Source of the DNA: Candidatus Omnitrophota bacterium
GTDB taxonomy: Bacteria; Omnitrophota; Gorgyraeia; Zapsychrales; Fredricksoniimonadaceae
DNA: 64,000 nucleotides
Direction: 5' to 3'
Assembly: GCA_016201795.1 (NCBI GenBank)
Contig: JACQCF010000018.1
Span: forward strand, 2,820 to 66,819
Part shown: piece after piece, positions 60,521 through 64,000 of the stretch
How positions within the stretch are numbered: position 1 is the first letter of the stretch
Layout: each line of letters begins with the position of its first letter
Notes under the pieces: model-generated
Database searches by the model: none
Told to the model about the DNA's origin: nothing
Seen by the model: the letters and a program-made list of their open reading frames with translations, nothing else
Position numbers and translations under genes: made by a program

Positions 60521-61284
60521 AAGAACAGTGGATTGCCTTTCAAACTTTGGTGCGTAAAGAAATCATCCGTATCTTAAGGATTTGGACTCAAACGCTTTTG
60601 CCGCCTTTGGTCACACAGGCTTTGTACTTTATTATTTTTGGAAAATTTATCGGATCTCAGGTCAAAGCTATCCACGGGGTCAGTTATATGTCTTTTATCG
60701 TCCCTGGTATTGTGATGATGGCGGTGATTAACAGCGCCTACGGCAATGTGGTCAGCTCTTTTTTCGGGGCTAAATTCCAACGTAATATTGAAGAGATGTT
60801 GGTGGCGCCGATGAAAGAATGGGTGATCGTGGCCGGCTTTATCTGCGGCGGAATCATCCGCGGACTGGTGGTGGGAGCTCTAGTGTTCTTGATGTCTTGT
60901 TTTTTTACCCACCCAACGGTGTATCAGATAAGTATTGTGATGGTGTTTATGATTTTGACAGCTGCGGTTTTTTCTTTGGCGGCTTTGATCAACGGAATTT
61001 TTGCCAGGAATTTTGATGAGGTAGCCATTTTTCAGAATTTTATTTTGGTCCCTCTTATTTATTTGGGAGGAGTTTTCTATTCTATTTTGAGTTTGCCGCC
61101 GACTTGGCAAAATTTTTCGAAATTGAACCCATTGCTGTATATGGTCAATGGGTTCCGTTATGGATTTTTTGGTTTTTCTGATGTGAGCGTGCCTTTCAGC
61201 ACAGCGCTTCTGATTGTTTTGACGGTTGTCCTTTGGCAGGTTAATATATGGTTGTTAAAAAAAGGAATCGGTATTAAGAATTGA
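60517..61284 (+). CDS. ABC-2 exporter permease (YadH-like)
   Basis: RIWTQTLLPP, FIVPG, LGGVFY and NPLLYMVNGFRYG. Confidence 0.92.
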   Translation: MKEQWIAFQTLVRKEIIRILRIWTQTLLPPLVTQALYFIIFGKFIGSQVKAIHGVSYMSFIVPGIVMMAVINSAYGNVVSSFFGAKFQRNIEEMLVAPMKEWVIVAGFICGGIIRGLVVGALVFLMSCFFTHPTVYQISIVMVFMILTAAVFSLAALINGIFARNFDEVAIFQNFILVPLIYLGGVFYSILSLPPTWQNFSKLNPLLYMVNGFRYGFFGFSDVSVPFSTALLIVLTVVLWQVNIWLLKKGIGIKN

Positions 61285-61288
61285 TGGA

Positions 61289-61364
61289 GATCCCTCTCCC
61301 GCCGTTGGCGGGATCGGGATTAATTCGCCCAAATAACTTACGTCGCAAGGGCTCCGTAAGTTAT
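61289..61364. repeat. Two adjacent REP-like hairpins upstream of yceI
   Basis: GATCCCTC-TCCCGCCGTTGGCGGGA-TCGGGAT and ATAACTTACG-N12-CGTAAGTTAT. Confidence 0.55.
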
Positions 61365-61384
61365 AGGCTCATTAAGGAGGATGT

Positions 61385-61957
61385 ATGCGTCAACTAATCT
61401 TAGCTTTAGTATTTAGTATAGGCCTCTTATCTGCTCCGGCTTGGGCAGTACAGAGTTATAAGATCGATCCTAATCATTCCAGTTTTGGGTTCTCAGTCAA
61501 ACACATGATGATTAGCAATGTTCCGGGTACATTTGACAAATTTGACGGCCAGGTTGTTTATGACCCCAAAGATTTAGCTAATTCTAAAATTGATATTATT
61601 ATTCAAACGGCTAGTATCAATACTCGAAACGCTCAGCGCGATGAGCATCTACAAAGCCCTGATTTTTTTGATACAGCTAAATTTCCTACTATTACTTTTG
61701 TCAGTAAGAAAATTACCGCTACGGACATTGTTGGCGATTTGACTATCAAAGGGGTTATTAAAGAAGTGACCATACCAACGACTATTACCGGTCCTGTCAA
61801 GGCAATGATGGGTAAGGATGCTATTGGGATTAATGCGGCATTCACTTTAAACCGTCAGGACTATGGAGTTAATTGGAATAAAACATTAGATCAGGGGGGC
61901 CTGGCTGTCTCTAATGATGTGGCCGTTACCGTCAGTATAGAAGCAGATCAAAAATAG
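61385..61957 (+). CDS. YceI-family periplasmic lipid/polyisoprenoid-binding protein
   Basis: Signal peptide; IDPNHS, RDEHL..PDFFD and GDLTIKG. Confidence 0.92.
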   Translation: MRQLILALVFSIGLLSAPAWAVQSYKIDPNHSSFGFSVKHMMISNVPGTFDKFDGQVVYDPKDLANSKIDIIIQTASINTRNAQRDEHLQSPDFFDTAKFPTITFVSKKITATDIVGDLTIKGVIKEVTIPTTITGPVKAMMGKDAIGINAAFTLNRQDYGVNWNKTLDQGGLAVSNDVAVTVSIEADQK

Positions 61958-62159
61958 ATTTATTTATACTAATATTTAGACCCCCATCGGCAGAGTTTAC
62001 GGGGTTTTTATTTGTGGGTAAAATTTTAATAAGAAAACGCTTTCTGAGAAACCCTCCCCAGACCTTGATTTTCCCTTGACAGATGTTATATTTGGAATAG
62101 AAGGCCTCACAAGGCCTTCAGTCCCGCAATACAATAGCGGGACAGAAAGGAGGGTCCAT

Positions 62160-62822
62160 ATGAATACAGTCTATTTCATCTTGGATCCGTTAAAAGCGGT
62201 AGCAGGTATTGTTTATAGCTATATTCCGACGGTTATTGCGGTCCTGGCTGTTTTGGTCATTGGTTCTTTATTAGCCAGAAGCGTGGGTAAATTAGTAGCG
62301 GGGGTTCTTAAAGACCTCCATCTGGATAAGTTTAGCCATACCACAGGCCTTGATCGCGTTTTAGAAACCGGCGGAATCAAACGTACGGTCTCTGATGCCA
62401 TTGGCTATGTCCTTAGCTGGACGCTTTTGATTGCCACTTTCGTGATTGCTTTGAAAATTACGGGCATCACCGTACTCGGGGATATGCTTGATCATATCGC
62501 AGGGTATGTACCGACGGTTGCCACAGCCGCGGTAGCTTTAATGATCGGCATTATCTTAGCGCATATCGTGGCTGTTTGCGTGCGCACGGTCGCTGCTAAC
62601 TGCGATATGCCCAAACCCGATTTGATTGCCACCTTCAGTAAATGGGTGGTGGTAGCCACGGCGTTTATTGCTTTTGTCGATAAAATTGGCCTTGGCTTTT
62701 TGTTTACCGGTACCGCTTTAACGTTAATGACTGCGGCTTTAGCTTTAGCCCTAGGCTTAGCTTTCGGCTTGGGCGGTCGTGAGCACGCAGCCCATTATTT
62801 GGATAAGCTGCTCAAACATTAA
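62160..62822 (+). CDS. TM-helix repeat membrane protein (CmpX/MscS-associated)
   Basis: Two YxP repeats and ALALGLAFGLGGRE; AAGGAGG SD before ATG 62160. Confidence 0.75.
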   Translation: MNTVYFILDPLKAVAGIVYSYIPTVIAVLAVLVIGSLLARSVGKLVAGVLKDLHLDKFSHTTGLDRVLETGGIKRTVSDAIGYVLSWTLLIATFVIALKITGITVLGDMLDHIAGYVPTVATAAVALMIGIILAHIVAVCVRTVAANCDMPKPDLIATFSKWVVVATAFIAFVDKIGLGFLFTGTALTLMTAALALALGLAFGLGGREHAAHYLDKLLKH

Positions 62823-62871
62823 CCCTTTGACTTCCGCTTAGGGTTAATATTGAGCAACGTCGAAGTATTAA
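62819..62871. repeat. Miniature palindromic element family B, copy 2
   Basis: TTAACCCTTTGACTTCCGCTTAGGGTTAATATTGAGCAACGTCGAAGTATTAA; overlaps the stop codon. Confidence 0.75.
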
Positions 62872-62916
62872 GTTTTCCCTCAGCCACTCTGAAATGGGGC
62901 AGGGTGGCATCCACAA

Positions 62917-62967
62917 ACGACCCCGCTGGGTCCTAAAGGCTTGGCGGGGTCGTGTCCTTTTTATTTT
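62917..62967 (+). terminator. Intrinsic terminator
   Basis: ACGACCCCGC...GCGGGGTCGT stem followed by T-rich tract. Confidence 0.7.
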
Positions 62968-63033
62968 CTGGTAAGCCATGAAGGAATATGATATACTACT
63001 ATTAAATGCGATACCTTTTCATAAGGAATTACC

Positions 63034-63375
63034 ATGGAGAATAGACGGCAATTCGTTCGTATTCCTTTTTATGAACCCGTGGGGTATCAAAGACAAGAGG
63101 CATCTACCCTGGAAGGCTCGTTGGCGAGGGATATCAGCCAGGGGGGCGTAAAGCTTAGGGTGAATGAATTTATTGCGCTCAATACTATTCTTGAATTGCA
63201 GATTCAGTTACCTGGTCAAATCCAACTGATGAAGGCCCATGCCAAAGTGGTTTGGGCTAGAGAGCTGCCTTACCGGGATGACGGCTGGCAAGTGGGACTA
63301 GAGTTAATTGCCAGTGAATCTTTCTCGTTGGCGATTCGCGATTATATCGGTTTGCGCCGGTTTGAACCTATTTAA
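63034..63375 (+). CDS. PilZ-domain protein
   Basis: RRQFVR, DISQGG and KVVW...VGLE. Confidence 0.88.
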   Translation: MENRRQFVRIPFYEPVGYQRQEASTLEGSLARDISQGGVKLRVNEFIALNTILELQIQLPGQIQLMKAHAKVVWARELPYRDDGWQVGLELIASESFSLAIRDYIGLRRFEPI

Positions 63376-63396
63376 AGAAATAGAATAAGGAATTTT

Positions 63397-63690
63397 ATGG
63401 CTGAAGCAACCGCAACACAAACGCCTGCCCCGTATAATAAATCTACGGGGTCTGCAGTTGAAGAAGTCAAAAATTGTCCAGCGTGTAAAAAACCTCTTAG
63501 GAAGGCCAGACGTTATTACCGTAACGGGACCTATTACTGCAACAGCAATTGTTTTAAGAAAGCAGACGCAACAGCCAAAGCCGCCAAAACTGAAGCCGCC
63601 AAGGCCGAAGCTGCCAAGGTTGAAACTGCTAAGGTTGAAACTGCGTCGGCTGAACCCGCCCAAGGCGGGTCTGAACCTACCAAGGGATAA
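63397..63690 (+). CDS. Small Cys-motif protein with Ala/Lys/Glu repeat tail
   Basis: CPAC...YCNSNC; AAGGA SD. Confidence 0.7.
   Translation: MAEATATQTPAPYNKSTGSAVEEVKNCPACKKPLRKARRYYRNGTYYCNSNCFKKADATAKAAKTEAAKAEAAKVETAKVETASAEPAQGGSEPTKG
63580..63645 (+). repeat. Degenerate 15-bp coding tandem repeat (~4 copies)
   Basis: gccgccaaaactgaa, gccgccaaggccgaa, gctgccaaggttgaa, actgctaaggttgaa. Confidence 0.8.
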
Positions 63691-63693
63691 TCC

Positions 63694-64000
63694 GTGATCT
63701 CCAATGGTTTACATGGACCTGAACGCCGTCGGCATCCTCGTTTAGAACAGACGATACCGCTTAAAATTTCCAGCGGCGAGGTGGACATCGTCACGGAAAC
63801 GAAAAATTTAAGCTGTTCGGGTGCTTTATGTCATATCCTCAAGTTTATTGCCCCCATGACGAAATTAAAAGTTCATTTGCTTCTGCCGCTTAAACGCAAT
63901 CATAAAACTGTTACCAAGCATATTAGCTGTGAAGGGGTGGTGGTGCGCAGTGAGTCGGCCGCTGGCCAGGATTATTTTAACACTGCGATTTTTTTTAGCG
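63694..64000 (+). CDS. PilZ-domain protein, truncated by window end
   Basis: Own translation from GTG 63694: ...ERRRHPRL...KNLSCSGA...GVVVR..., open to the end; absent from the ORF track; start uncertain. Confidence 0.8.
   Translation, partial: MISNGLHGPERRRHPRLEQTIPLKISSGEVDIVTETKNLSCSGALCHILKFIAPMTKLKVHLLLPLKRNHKTVTKHISCEGVVVRSESAAGQDYFNTAIFFS

Noticed and set aside
61333-61364. Transcription-factor operator before yceI (ATAACTTACG-N12-CGTAAGTTAT)
   Set aside because: The core CGTCGC...GCTCC resembles the family A right-arm loop and no regulator is adjacent. Kept as a repeat, though an operator role is not excluded.
61978-62013. Terminator after yceI
   Set aside because: Short stem with a 16-nt loop; too weak to call.

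Overview
Bacterial chromosomal window of mostly + strand housekeeping genes from a diderm organism (lpxB, msbA, lgt, lspA). The small PilZ proteins, GAD-less AspRS and gene order suggest a PVC-group lineage such as Ca. Omnitrophota, but this is inference only. Contents include a partial vapBC-like TA pair, a KimA-like transporter, a large GH161-like glycoside phosphorylase, purE, gnnA-lpxB/msbA, HU-hisS-aspS, phoH-pgpH-ybeY-mreD-mrdA, fadJ, mntH-usp-FIST, trpBA, iscA-thiC, ppa, addAB, yggS-proC, mtnP-ileS-dksA-lspA-lgt-rluD, aroA, mreBC, an ABC-2 exporter, yceI and PilZ genes. I found no tRNA, rRNA, CRISPR array or transposase. The most interesting signals are non-coding: (i) a promoter-bearing, self-pairing ~95-nt RNA candidate at 29031-29125; (ii) several families of miniature palindromic elements at gene ends, translated into AspS and TrpA tails, nested in one another, and apparently inserted at the fadJ start codon; (iii) a low-GC three-ORF island with repeated spacer motifs next to a compositionally mosaic proC; (iv) widespread probable leaderless promoters. 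The supplied ORF track gives the wrong strand for 24671..25318, which is on the minus strand.
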